Source of the DNA: a virus
Taxonomy: Duplodnaviria > Caudoviricetes
Direction: 5' to 3' (one strand)
Length of the DNA: 54,855 nucleotides
Virus record (IMG/VR): IMGVR_UViG_3300002144_000245
Location: 1-54,855 of that record
Shown here: positions 27,267 to 37,073 of the stretch, piece by piece
Layout of the letters: every line of letters starts with the position of its first letter
How positions within the stretch are numbered: the stretch's first letter is position 1
Position numbers and translations under genes: made by a program
The notes under the pieces: generated by a model
The model's database searches: none
The model's input: only the letters and a program-made list of their open reading frames with translations
What the model was told of the DNA's origin: nothing

Positions 27267-27680
27267 GAAATTAATAGAAGGTTTTTCATCCAACCATTCT
27301 TTTGGTATTTCTTTTGTTGCCCATTTGAACCCATTCTTCTCACACCATTGTGCATAAGTTGTTTTTGACCCTTTGTATATTTTACCATTTGGGGACTGTA
27401 GAATAAATCGTAAATCCAAGTCGGGATGTTGTTCTTTAATCAGAAGATGCTTTTTTCTGTCTTCGGATAAAAACCATCCTTTGGATTCTATATAGATTCC
27501 ATTTGGTAATTTAAAATCAGGTTTATAAGTGTGATTCGATGCAGGAATAATATATTGAACTTCGTGTTGTTCATATTCCCCATCGACGCCTTGAGATTGT
27601 AATTGTTCGTTAATTTTAGTTTCAAGGCCGGACTTGTGTCCTTTTTGTTTTTGGATATGACTCCAATTTCCGTTTGCCAT
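27249..27680 (-). CDS. T7 endonuclease I-like Holliday junction resolvase
   Basis: KSGLE, YKPDFKLPNGIYIESKG.F..DRKKHLLIKEQHPDLDLRFI, SKTTYAQWCEKNGF. Confidence 0.92.
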   Translation of the reverse strand: MANGNWSHIQKQKGHKSGLETKINEQLQSQGVDGEYEQHEVQYIIPASNHTYKPDFKLPNGIYIESKGWFLSEDRKKHLLIKEQHPDLDLRFILQSPNGKIYKGSKTTYAQWCEKNGFKWATKEIPKEWLDEKPSINFFDYSK

Positions 27681-27686
27681 AACTTT

Positions 27687-29345
27687 TTAATCTATATCAA
27701 ATTTTATATTGATTGTAACATCAACATCTTCTCGTTTCTTTAATGGAGAACCTAATTTAGCCAGCGCTAACAATTCACCATTATCATTATATAATCCCAC
27801 TTGGGTAATGTATGGTCTAAAGTCCGTAGTGGTTACTGCATCTTTTAATTGATACTCACTAAGCTCATTATTTATTCTTACCGATGGATTTGATGAGACG
27901 TTGTATTCGTTTTTATTAATCTCACATAAAATAGAAACCTCTTCAACAGTCTTAGTTGCTCTGTAATCAAGTTGAAATGGTTTTGATGTGTAATCCCAAT
28001 TCCCATTCCCTAAAAAGATATTTTGATATTTAGGGCGTGGGTCCGATACTACAATCATACCATGCTGATAGAAAACATATCCTACTTTATTTGTTTGATA
28101 AGCGGAACCACTGTACCAATGGTTGTTACGTAGTGAGCTTCTATTATCTGTTGTTAATTCAGTTTTGTAAATACGTACTTCGTCAAATGAAGCGCTAGTT
28201 CCACTAATTGTATTTGAGTTCAAACACCCAACTGATATGTCGTAATTATTTTGTGTGTTTCTTGCAAAGTGTGGAAGTGTGCCTATGGTATTACCATCCA
28301 CCTCTAATACATAACCGCTTCCACTGTGGTGTATTAGGTAGTGATGCCATGCCCCATCGTTGTATGTTGGTGTTGTAATTATTTCGTTATCAGAGGTAAG
28401 CCCATCACTAACAGATAGTTTTACTTTACCATTGTTAGATGTAGATTGGTTATATACTGATAGTTCAAATGGGTAAATTGGGGTTCCTTTTGTTGAATAG
28501 GTAACACCATCCCTTGCCTCATCATTGGTATGTTGATATCGTTTTGATATTAAAACATTTTCATTACTATCCGTATATGATTGCGAGCTTGGTAATTTAA
28601 TCCAAGCAGACACAGCCCATCCCTCAACATTATTTAAGTGTCGAAAATGTGATTTGTGTTTAATAATCAATGATGAATCTATATTAGTAGATACAGCATA
28701 CCCACTAGCGTCAGTATGTGTTCCAGTCACATTGATACCACTAACTACATTTAAATTTGATGCAATGATAGTATTGTCTCGGTTGGACTTATCGGAGTTA
28801 GACTTCCAATTTTTAGAAAGAGTCCCATCTTGAAATCCAAGGTATAACACATTTGAGTCTACACTTGGAAAATGTGAGGTTTGTATATCGTTATCATATA
28901 ACACCCCATGCATATTGTCTATTTTAGATTCAGTTAAACTTGTGGCAGTAACGTCATATGAATAATCTTGAATAAAGACCGATTTCGGTTTTATCCCCTC
29001 ACCAAATTTGTTTTGTGGGATTGAAAAGATAGAAGCGGTTGGGTGTAGTAATCTACCATCTTTTTTAAAAAATGTAGAATTTAGACTACCCCATACTACT
29101 TTTTGAGGGATGTTATTTAATTCGGTAGTGGCTGCACCGGAGCCTGTCAGAAAAGACTGGCTTCCAATTTGACCAGCCACCGACGTGGACATCTCTAATA
29201 AAATACCATTGTCTGATATCCCTCGGAGAATTGACAATTCAAAAGAAGATGAGTAGTTAACATTAGTTACCTCATATCGTTTGTGTGCCTTGAAAGGTCG
29301 TGTTACGACACCTTCACCAAAAATCCTTTTAAATACCATACCCAT
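27687..29345 (-). CDS. Virion structural protein with a LamG/concanavalin-like domain
   Basis: AVSAWIK, YNDGAWHH, FDEVRIYK; C-terminal YITQVGLYNDNGELLALAK. Confidence 0.75.
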   Translation of the reverse strand: MGMVFKRIFGEGVVTRPFKAHKRYEVTNVNYSSSFELSILRGISDNGILLEMSTSVAGQIGSQSFLTGSGAATTELNNIPQKVVWGSLNSTFFKKDGRLLHPTASIFSIPQNKFGEGIKPKSVFIQDYSYDVTATSLTESKIDNMHGVLYDNDIQTSHFPSVDSNVLYLGFQDGTLSKNWKSNSDKSNRDNTIIASNLNVVSGINVTGTHTDASGYAVSTNIDSSLIIKHKSHFRHLNNVEGWAVSAWIKLPSSQSYTDSNENVLISKRYQHTNDEARDGVTYSTKGTPIYPFELSVYNQSTSNNGKVKLSVSDGLTSDNEIITTPTYNDGAWHHYLIHHSGSGYVLEVDGNTIGTLPHFARNTQNNYDISVGCLNSNTISGTSASFDEVRIYKTELTTDNRSSLRNNHWYSGSAYQTNKVGYVFYQHGMIVVSDPRPKYQNIFLGNGNWDYTSKPFQLDYRATKTVEEVSILCEINKNEYNVSSNPSVRINNELSEYQLKDAVTTTDFRPYITQVGLYNDNGELLALAKLGSPLKKREDVDVTINIKFDID

Positions 29346-29355
29346 ATTGTCATTT

Positions 29356-30537
29356 TTAGAAATCTAATTTAACCTTAATCAAAATCTCATTAGAGAATGA
29401 TTTAAGGAGCGGTTTTGATACTTTAGCAATTGCCAAAAGTTCGTTATCATTATTATACAAACCAACTTGTGTAATGTAAGTTTTAGGGTCACCTACAAAT
29501 GTTTGTTGATTTAATTTACCATTAGACCCCGTAACATACGATGGGTTATTTGAGAAATTGTATTCAGCGTTCTTTGCTCTTATAAAGAAGAATGTTGATT
29601 TTACTTCCTCTTCACTTCGTGCTTGAAATCCATTATTAGCATTGGTTACAGCAGCACCACTCAATGCGGTGAATACTTTTCTATGGTTTTGAGCATCTGT
29701 ATTTGAAGCCCTATTAGTACCTAATGATGCTGATGCGTCTAATGCAGCAGCACCTAACACGATACACCCAAACTGAGGGTATACTTCCCCAAAGATTTGT
29801 GTGGTTGAATATACACCATTAAGAAGTGAGCCAGACACTACGCTATATTTATTTAATGTTGAATTTCCCAATTGATTAACATCACCACTATTATCAATTA
29901 ATCTAAGAGTTTCACCATCTGAACCCGAAAGAACCAATTCCCAATTTCCAGGGTCAAGTTTATCTCTCAGTCTAGCTCGGTTGATTCCAATTATATAAAC
30001 ATCTTCTTGTGCAACATTACCAAATCTGAATGTGGTTTGTGATGCTGGGAGAAGAACTTGTTGGAATTGTGAATATATTGCGTTTGATGGTGAATCTTCG
30101 TTTGTTCCTAAAGAACCACTTCCTTTACTGTTACCATATGAAATTGAGAACTGGGGTTCGTTTGTTGAAACCGTTGGGTTCCCATTATAAATTTCATAAT
30201 AATATTGTTTTTGCGTAGAGGATTGAAATGATGAAGTCCAATATGTTGATAATTCACCAACATTGTTACTCCATAACCCACGTGTAACTCGCTGGCTACT
30301 TCCTTCTACAACATCTTCAATTGTAAATGCGGTATATACTTTACCACTCCCATAGTCGTAAGCTCCGGCTGGAATTACTGGAGTGGTATCCATACGGATG
30401 TCTTGTGCAGCGATGTCTGATAATGTTGTTTGTGGGGCTGAATTAACTATTGGATTAGTGGGTGTACCACCTCCACCGCTCCCAGCGCTAAATCCACCAC
30501 CATTACCACCAGACGAATTTTGTTCAAATACAGACAT
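29356..30537 (-). CDS. Virion structural protein, paralog of 27687..29345
   Basis: Shared EYN.S.NPS and YITQVGLYN...ELLA.AK...P C-terminus. Confidence 0.7.
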   Translation of the reverse strand: MSVFEQNSSGGNGGGFSAGSGGGGTPTNPIVNSAPQTTLSDIAAQDIRMDTTPVIPAGAYDYGSGKVYTAFTIEDVVEGSSQRVTRGLWSNNVGELSTYWTSSFQSSTQKQYYYEIYNGNPTVSTNEPQFSISYGNSKGSGSLGTNEDSPSNAIYSQFQQVLLPASQTTFRFGNVAQEDVYIIGINRARLRDKLDPGNWELVLSGSDGETLRLIDNSGDVNQLGNSTLNKYSVVSGSLLNGVYSTTQIFGEVYPQFGCIVLGAAALDASASLGTNRASNTDAQNHRKVFTALSGAAVTNANNGFQARSEEEVKSTFFFIRAKNAEYNFSNNPSYVTGSNGKLNQQTFVGDPKTYITQVGLYNNDNELLAIAKVSKPLLKSFSNEILIKVKLDF

Positions 30538-30556
30538 AATTTTTCCTTTTTAATTT

Positions 30557-31231
30557 TTAAGCAAATGTACGAACATTAACTATCGTAGATTGTGCATCAG
30601 TTATTGGGTTAACAGTAATATCAATTTCGAATCTTCCACCAGTCTCATTACCAATGATAATCATTCTTGTAGTGATTGCGGTGTCATTTGGTAGATTGGC
30701 GATTGAAGTGAATATGAATTGGTTCTTACCAACAACAGCTTGCGATTGTGATGAATTATAAGAATTAACTTTAACGATTGGTGATACATTACCCGGCACA
30801 CCTGCGTTACCTTGAATACTACCAGCATCTGAATTTAACAATATAGCGGTATAACCCAAATCAGCATTACCACCATTTTTAGTGTTAATTGTGATTGTTG
30901 TTGAGTTAGACGCCTCATTTGTTACAATTGTTGATGGAGATGCTTCAATGTATGGCAATCTCGTTGTTGTCTTTGGTAGTGTTAACAATTTGTATTTCAT
31001 TGCGTAATTGTCATCCGTGATTGCTTCAATCACCGGCATATTTTCAATTACAATACCATAATAATCAGAACCAAGCGAGTGTGCTGGGTTCCATAGTTCA
31101 TAATCAACCTCATCATCCGCCAATGCGAATTGAGTGATTTGAAACTTGTCTCTACCTTGTGCTAATAACTCTCTACCTTTTTTGGTGAGAATAGCATCTA
31201 CTGTTACTGATGAATTATCTAAAAATCCCAT
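30557..31231 (-). CDS. Baseplate/tail structural protein
   Basis: AILTKKGRELLAQG..ITQFALADDEVDY resembles tail-fibre attachment N-termini; TATTTATA at 31251-31258. Confidence 0.65.
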   Translation of the reverse strand: MGFLDNSSVTVDAILTKKGRELLAQGRDKFQITQFALADDEVDYELWNPAHSLGSDYYGIVIENMPVIEAITDDNYAMKYKLLTLPKTTTRLPYIEASPSTIVTNEASNSTTITINTKNGGNADLGYTAILLNSDAGSIQGNAGVPGNVSPIVKVNSYNSSQSQAVVGKNQFIFTSIANLPNDTAITTRMIIIGNETGGRFEIDITVNPITDAQSTIVNVRTFA

Positions 31232-31283
31232 GTTGTTTCCTTTTTATACATATAAATATGGTTTTTTATCTTTTTAATTGTTT

Positions 31284-34200
31284 TTATGTTACAACTACTA
31301 CTCTAATCTCTAAATCATATAGAGAATAACCTACATTAATTAGTTTGGAAGTATCGTATATTGGGTTTTGTTGTGTACTTACAATATACCCATCCGACTT
31401 TCTTACCACGTAAATTCTATCTAACACAACATTCGATGGACCACTAAGTGATGCGTTCGATAGTTTTACATTTTTAACTTCAACACGATTAGTTGGTAAC
31501 ATTTGTCCTTTATTGTGTTGAACCCCATTTAGTATCATTTCAAATGACCCACCTGTAACTCTTGTCAATTTAGACCAATCACCATTCCAATTACTATCAT
31601 ATAAATACACGTTAGTGCCTCCATAAATACTATATAGTGATGACATTATTTTTGCAACACCAAATGGGTCTTTGTTACCCACCATTTGCTGAGTTGGTCT
31701 TAATATGGATGGGAGTCGTTTTGGAATGAACCCGACAGGTGATAATGTATTGAACTCACTTGCTTTTAATATAGCAGATTGTTTTGAAGTCTTCTTTTTA
31801 TTTTTAATGTTTACTGATAAAAGTACATCATCTGGTGTTTTTCGTGGATTTCCACTTGTTGGTGTAAGTTGAGTACTAACCCCGCCATCATTTGGTGTTT
31901 GAGTAGAATACACTAATATGTTAGAATCTACTTTTGTAATTTCAACAACAGGACCACCATCAGGCGTATCAGGCGAATCGGTAGTTAATGAGTCAGATGT
32001 AATCTTACATCCATTGTAATATAGATTTTCCATAGACAACGCAAGTCGTGTGTCTTGAACTTGAGTAAACACCATTGAGGATGAGCTCGGTAATTTTAAA
32101 CTTGCTGACAATGCATTGGAGTAAAAGTATTTTGGTACTTGGTATATACTTGACATTCGTGAGTTTAATATTGTAGACCCAGTTGGGGAATATTCCCAAT
32201 ACCCATTTGAAAGAGGTGTGTAATTAGCCCCAGTTACATAAGTAATTAAAGTAGGGTCCCCAATTGTAAATGTAATAGATGCACTTGTGGGTGACTTGTA
32301 TATTACATCCGATGATACATCTGAACCACTTGTGTTTGGAATGAATGAAGACGTATCAATACGAATTTCAGTATTACTTATTCTTTCTAAGATTGGATAG
32401 GTTCTCTCGGCACCATTACCATCATCAAAGACAATACTTCCAGATTGAGCTACATCAGCCGGCCATGACCCAACACTGTATCGGTATACGAGATTCGAAG
32501 ATACATGGTGTGGATATGATGATGATGACATAAAACTAATTTCAAACGTAGCAGTTCCTGGGTTAACAGTTTGATTAATAGAATGTGGGGTAATGTTTAC
32601 CCATGCTCCTTCTGGACCTATTTGCGTGAGTTCACCATCAGTTTCATTTCCCGTTGAAAAAATGCTGACATCACCGCCTGGTGTAGTATTTGAAACACAT
32701 CTTACTTTAGCGTTATTTCCATAAAACTGACTAATGTTAAATGCTGATGACCATGAGGCGTCACTCAGTGCAATCGCTGTGGCGGATGAAGTTAAGGCAA
32801 CCTTATTTGAAAATGAACCTGTAAGTGATGTATTTGTAATGTCGGTTACAAACCTACTTGATGTGATACCAACCAAAAGTTGTTCGTAACTACCACTAAA
32901 ATAAAGTGTACCGGATTGACCCGATGCTACTTGTAAATTACTATTTAATTCTAAATGAGTATTAGTAATTCTATTTATAATTGAGTAGGAGGTCCCACCA
33001 TATACTAAATTATCACTTGCATAATTCCCAATATCAGTTGAAAGAGATGTGGATGATGTTATGAATTCAGACGATAGTGGTAACGCATCAATACTCGATG
33101 ATAGTGTTGGAATATAATATCTATAAGTTGATGGTGTGAACTCATTTAACGCAATACTTGATGTGTAATCATGTTTTGACGCTATTAATGTTCCACCGAC
33201 ATTTGGAATAATACCCGAATATACGTGTCTACTTATGTTAATATCTTGTGGTCGTCTGTACTTATTTCTTTCCAACGTATGTGGTTCAATCAAAATACCC
33301 TTATGCCAGTCAACACGTGCTGGTAATAATTGTTGTATTTGTGACCACACAGACATATCATATCTTGACAACATATCCATAATAATATCTAATGCTGTAC
33401 CCGTTGTATATTTTTGGAAATAGTTTTTTGCTTTAAATTTAAGTAGTGGATAGCTTTGATTGTATCTACGGTCGGGGTCACCTACCCAATCATCAGCTTC
33501 AAAATATCCTTCTGAATTATAGATATCATTATTAACTGCGTCGGTTGTAGAAAAATATGTACCTAATACATTTGAATCATTTGGAGCATAATCATACTCA
33601 CTAATCTCACGAGATTTATCAGGGTCAAGGTTTCCGTTTAATGAAGAAGATTCAATACGAATTTTATTGTTCATTAAGTTTAGAGCACCCATCGATGGTA
33701 TCTTTGTGAATTGTGTATCTACCTCACCAACTAAGTCGGATGAGTTAAAGTTTATCAACGAGGCTGATAGTATTAATCCTGTATCAGTAGTTGTAAACCT
33801 TTGATTTGGATGTTGTGACCTTATAAAACTTGAGGTGTTTGTAAAGTTAAAGTCCGGCATGATTCTATATGATAACTTATCAAACGACGTGTCAATATCT
33901 AAATCTGTAGTATTGTCATCACTAAAGTATGCCTCGCGATTTTTAGCGTGTTCAATTATAATTTCGTTTGAAATCTCATCACGGAAATATCTAATTTCTT
34001 GGATACTTGCAGTTTCGTAGTTGTAAATATTACCATCAGTTGTTGGACCCGGAACTTGTATTGTCCCAACGTTTGTGTTCCATATGGAACTAAATGTATT
34101 ATTAACCGATAATGTTGATGCTTGTGGATTTGCTAATACTGCACCAAAGTCATCTACCCACCCAGCTCTAATTGAAGCGCTTCCTGAATTTAATGCAAAT

Positions 34201-36734
34201 GCTACTTCTCTTCGTTGTTTGTATGGTACATATGATGATGAAATTATATCAGACCCATTGACACTCATCCGTATCCTAGCTTGTTCATTTCCAGAATCAT
34301 AATCCCAAAAACAATCTACATAGCTACTACCACTTGCCATTCGTAAAATATGATAATGTGCCTTTGGCATCTTACCAATTACTTCTACCGAATTTGGTCT
34401 ATCGCCATTTATATCATCCCATGGGTTTGAAATGTATTTTGATGGAGACGCTTGTAATTTATAAACAAATCGTTCTTGTTCATAGGTATTGGGGTTTGTT
34501 GAAACAGCTGGGCCACCAAATTCACGAATCTTTAAAAATGATTGTGGGATACCATATGTGGATAGAATTGCTTTAATTGAACGAGCCGTACCTTTTGTTT
34601 TATACAATAATGGGATGTTATTGACAATTCGTCTCCAGGTCTCATTTACAATCTGCTGTCTAGCTTTAGATTGTAGATTTCCGCTTTGGTATAAAGTACC
34701 ATCACTTTCGACCCCCAATGCATACTTCCATAGATTCGTATCGGAATATCCATTTGATAACTTCCAACCAAGTGAATCTGCGATTGTTTTTAATAAAGAA
34801 TCAGACATACCATCATTCGGATGTTCTTCTCTACGATTTATGTCTGTTAATGATTTAATATAGGTCCATTGAATATCAAAGTGTTGACCTACCATATCAA
34901 TAAATGTAATATACTCTTCATTCCTCACATCTTCTTGTAGATGGATAGGAATCATCTTACGGAGCGCCGCATCATTAAATGCGTCGTATAACGAGGCTGA
35001 CTCATATACACCAGCATACCAACCAGTACCTTGAGAGGTCGTGGTTCCATATAGAATATGTGGAAATGTTGATGATTTTGGGTATGGTTCTATTGTAAAT
35101 GCTGATGAGGACCAATGTGTGTATTGGTTAGCGTCGGTATTGTAATATAGGTAATTTTCAAATTCATCAAATCCACCAATCACTTTGTCTCTACGATTTA
35201 ATGATTGTGATATATTTGTTATTGCTTCAGAGCCAGTTACTGTTTCTAATAAGTCGATTCGTGAATTATATGATTCAATTTGTTGAAGTTTATATACAAA
35301 GTTATCAACTCGTTCAGTAGCTGTTGAGAAGTGTATAAAGTTTTTAAAGTCGGAGTAGTCTATATTTAATTTAGCATTACCCAGCGACCCACTAAAATAG
35401 TAATTAACTAATTGTTGTGATGTAGTTGCGTTTACATCTAATAAACTATTCCAAGTTTCAAAGTTTGTAGATGAGGCGCCAGCCTGGTCGGACATATCCA
35501 ATGAATAGTTTGGTTCCGAAAAGTCAGGTCTATTATCTCTGGCTGTACTTGGGAATGCAATTATTTTTTCAATATATGATTTAGATATTCTACCATCTAA
35601 TGTTAGTGAAGCCCCAATCCCATATATAGAATTAAGAGGTGAGTCTAACTTTACAATCAATTGGCTAACATACCCATTGATGTCAAAATCAAAACTATTA
35701 TACTCTAATCGTAAAAAATCAGGCCATACATATCCGTTTGTCATAACAGGTATACTACCATGGACACCTACTCTATAGCCGAGGTAACCATCGTATATAC
35801 TTTCACGTTCGTTGGTGGGTACATAGAAAGGAACAGTAGTTAAGCTATCATATTGAATCACCCACAAAATTGGAACCAATTCATTCACATCTTCGGGATA
35901 TATGTCACCCAGCCCAAATAGCTTGTCACCCGCTTGCCATATTAATTTTGATTCACCACGACTTGTTTTATTTCGTTTAAGTAAATATCTACGAGCTCGG
36001 CCAGTAGATTTACCTGCATTAAGAGCGGGTTGTCCTAAAGCGGGCGTGTATACCTCGACCATGGTACCCCATGAGTCGAGTGACATAAATTTGTTTGCAT
36101 CTACAGGTATGAATGTGGTAGCGATTCCATTAAGAACAGCAGTTGGGTATGATAGTAACTCTCTGTATTCACCAGTACGTTCACCTGCAACAAGTGTATT
36201 TATGATGTTTGCTAAGTTGTTTTCTCCAAAATTTAATACTAAATCTTTTTTAACCCCAGCATACGCTATGGAGTTTAGAGTTGAATTGTCTTTTAATATT
36301 TCACGTAAATTTTCAAATGTTCCCGGAATATTTGATGATAACACTACTTCAGTTCTATCTGAAGATATTTCAGATATCCTACATGACTCCACAAGTTTAT
36401 GTAAGAAATTATAGTTTAAAGAATAAACCCCTTGTTCGTACCCAAGCTCTCTTAAATCAGATTCGGGGTTTATGATAAGTTTGGGTTGACCTTGTATAGT
36501 ATATTTTATAGGAGAGTTATAACTTGACTTTAACAAGTTATCAGAACTATACACATGAATTTCTTTAGAGGTTGGTACTGATATGCCACCAAGATATTGC
36601 CCTTTAACATCATATTGAGTTAATGGGTATTGTGTTGTTTGCACAACCTGGTTTACCTGTAATGAAAAGTCTTCACCATAGGTAGGAGTATTCCCCATTA
36701 CAACTTCGTTATTATAATATCTTTTCAATGACAT
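31284..36734 (-). CDS. Large baseplate wedge-like protein
   Basis: 1816 aa; LLKTIADSLGW..IPLLYKTKGTARSIKAILSTYG resembles the gp7/P2 gpI-type wedge segment. Confidence 0.65.
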   Translation of the reverse strand: MSLKRYYNNEVVMGNTPTYGEDFSLQVNQVVQTTQYPLTQYDVKGQYLGGISVPTSKEIHVYSSDNLLKSSYNSPIKYTIQGQPKLIINPESDLRELGYEQGVYSLNYNFLHKLVESCRISEISSDRTEVVLSSNIPGTFENLREILKDNSTLNSIAYAGVKKDLVLNFGENNLANIINTLVAGERTGEYRELLSYPTAVLNGIATTFIPVDANKFMSLDSWGTMVEVYTPALGQPALNAGKSTGRARRYLLKRNKTSRGESKLIWQAGDKLFGLGDIYPEDVNELVPILWVIQYDSLTTVPFYVPTNERESIYDGYLGYRVGVHGSIPVMTNGYVWPDFLRLEYNSFDFDINGYVSQLIVKLDSPLNSIYGIGASLTLDGRISKSYIEKIIAFPSTARDNRPDFSEPNYSLDMSDQAGASSTNFETWNSLLDVNATTSQQLVNYYFSGSLGNAKLNIDYSDFKNFIHFSTATERVDNFVYKLQQIESYNSRIDLLETVTGSEAITNISQSLNRRDKVIGGFDEFENYLYYNTDANQYTHWSSSAFTIEPYPKSSTFPHILYGTTTSQGTGWYAGVYESASLYDAFNDAALRKMIPIHLQEDVRNEEYITFIDMVGQHFDIQWTYIKSLTDINRREEHPNDGMSDSLLKTIADSLGWKLSNGYSDTNLWKYALGVESDGTLYQSGNLQSKARQQIVNETWRRIVNNIPLLYKTKGTARSIKAILSTYGIPQSFLKIREFGGPAVSTNPNTYEQERFVYKLQASPSKYISNPWDDINGDRPNSVEVIGKMPKAHYHILRMASGSSYVDCFWDYDSGNEQARIRMSVNGSDIISSSYVPYKQRREVAFALNSGSASIRAGWVDDFGAVLANPQASTLSVNNTFSSIWNTNVGTIQVPGPTTDGNIYNYETASIQEIRYFRDEISNEIIIEHAKNREAYFSDDNTTDLDIDTSFDKLSYRIMPDFNFTNTSSFIRSQHPNQRFTTTDTGLILSASLINFNSSDLVGEVDTQFTKIPSMGALNLMNNKIRIESSSLNGNLDPDKSREISEYDYAPNDSNVLGTYFSTTDAVNNDIYNSEGYFEADDWVGDPDRRYNQSYPLLKFKAKNYFQKYTTGTALDIIMDMLSRYDMSVWSQIQQLLPARVDWHKGILIEPHTLERNKYRRPQDINISRHVYSGIIPNVGGTLIASKHDYTSSIALNEFTPSTYRYYIPTLSSSIDALPLSSEFITSSTSLSTDIGNYASDNLVYGGTSYSIINRITNTHLELNSNLQVASGQSGTLYFSGSYEQLLVGITSSRFVTDITNTSLTGSFSNKVALTSSATAIALSDASWSSAFNISQFYGNNAKVRCVSNTTPGGDVSIFSTGNETDGELTQIGPEGAWVNITPHSINQTVNPGTATFEISFMSSSSYPHHVSSNLVYRYSVGSWPADVAQSGSIVFDDGNGAERTYPILERISNTEIRIDTSSFIPNTSGSDVSSDVIYKSPTSASITFTIGDPTLITYVTGANYTPLSNGYWEYSPTGSTILNSRMSSIYQVPKYFYSNALSASLKLPSSSSMVFTQVQDTRLALSMENLYYNGCKITSDSLTTDSPDTPDGGPVVEITKVDSNILVYSTQTPNDGGVSTQLTPTSGNPRKTPDDVLLSVNIKNKKKTSKQSAILKASEFNTLSPVGFIPKRLPSILRPTQQMVGNKDPFGVAKIMSSLYSIYGGTNVYLYDSNWNGDWSKLTRVTGGSFEMILNGVQHNKGQMLPTNRVEVKNVKLSNASLSGPSNVVLDRIYVVRKSDGYIVSTQQNPIYDTSKLINVGYSLYDLEIRVVVVT

Positions 36735-36770
36735 GATTATGTGCCTTCTTGGTTATTTACATCCATTAGG

Positions 36771-37073
36771 TTAGTTTGCATTTGCAGGGTCGTTTTCGGA
36801 CTCAGCACGAGTGATTTGTGCACCCATAACTATAGATGGATTAGGTATTTTATAATTGGCCAAATTTGGGTCTTGTAGTTCAGCGATATTAATATCAACA
36901 TTTGCGTTGAATGAACTTTCTATATACTTAGTGACCATTACATTATCTACTCCAATTTCAACATCACCATATTGAAGTGAATTGTTAGTTGAATCAAATA
37001 CACCTTCAATTTCATAGGATACAATTTGTCCCCTACCATTTCTCTTTACTTCTCTTTTATTAATGTCTGCCAT
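36771..37073 (-). CDS. Hypothetical protein in the baseplate operon
   Basis: 100-aa ORF translationally coupled (TAATG) to the upstream gene. Confidence 0.6.
   Translation of the reverse strand: MADINKREVKRNGRGQIVSYEIEGVFDSTNNSLQYGDVEIGVDNVMVTKYIESSFNANVDINIAELQDPNLANYKIPNPSIVMGAQITRAESENDPANAN

Noticed and set aside
456-31258. TATAAATA as canonical T4 late promoters firing on the plus strand
   Set aside because: They would point away from the adjacent starts and antisense into upstream genes; their position fits a minus-strand promoter better, though antisense transcription is not excluded
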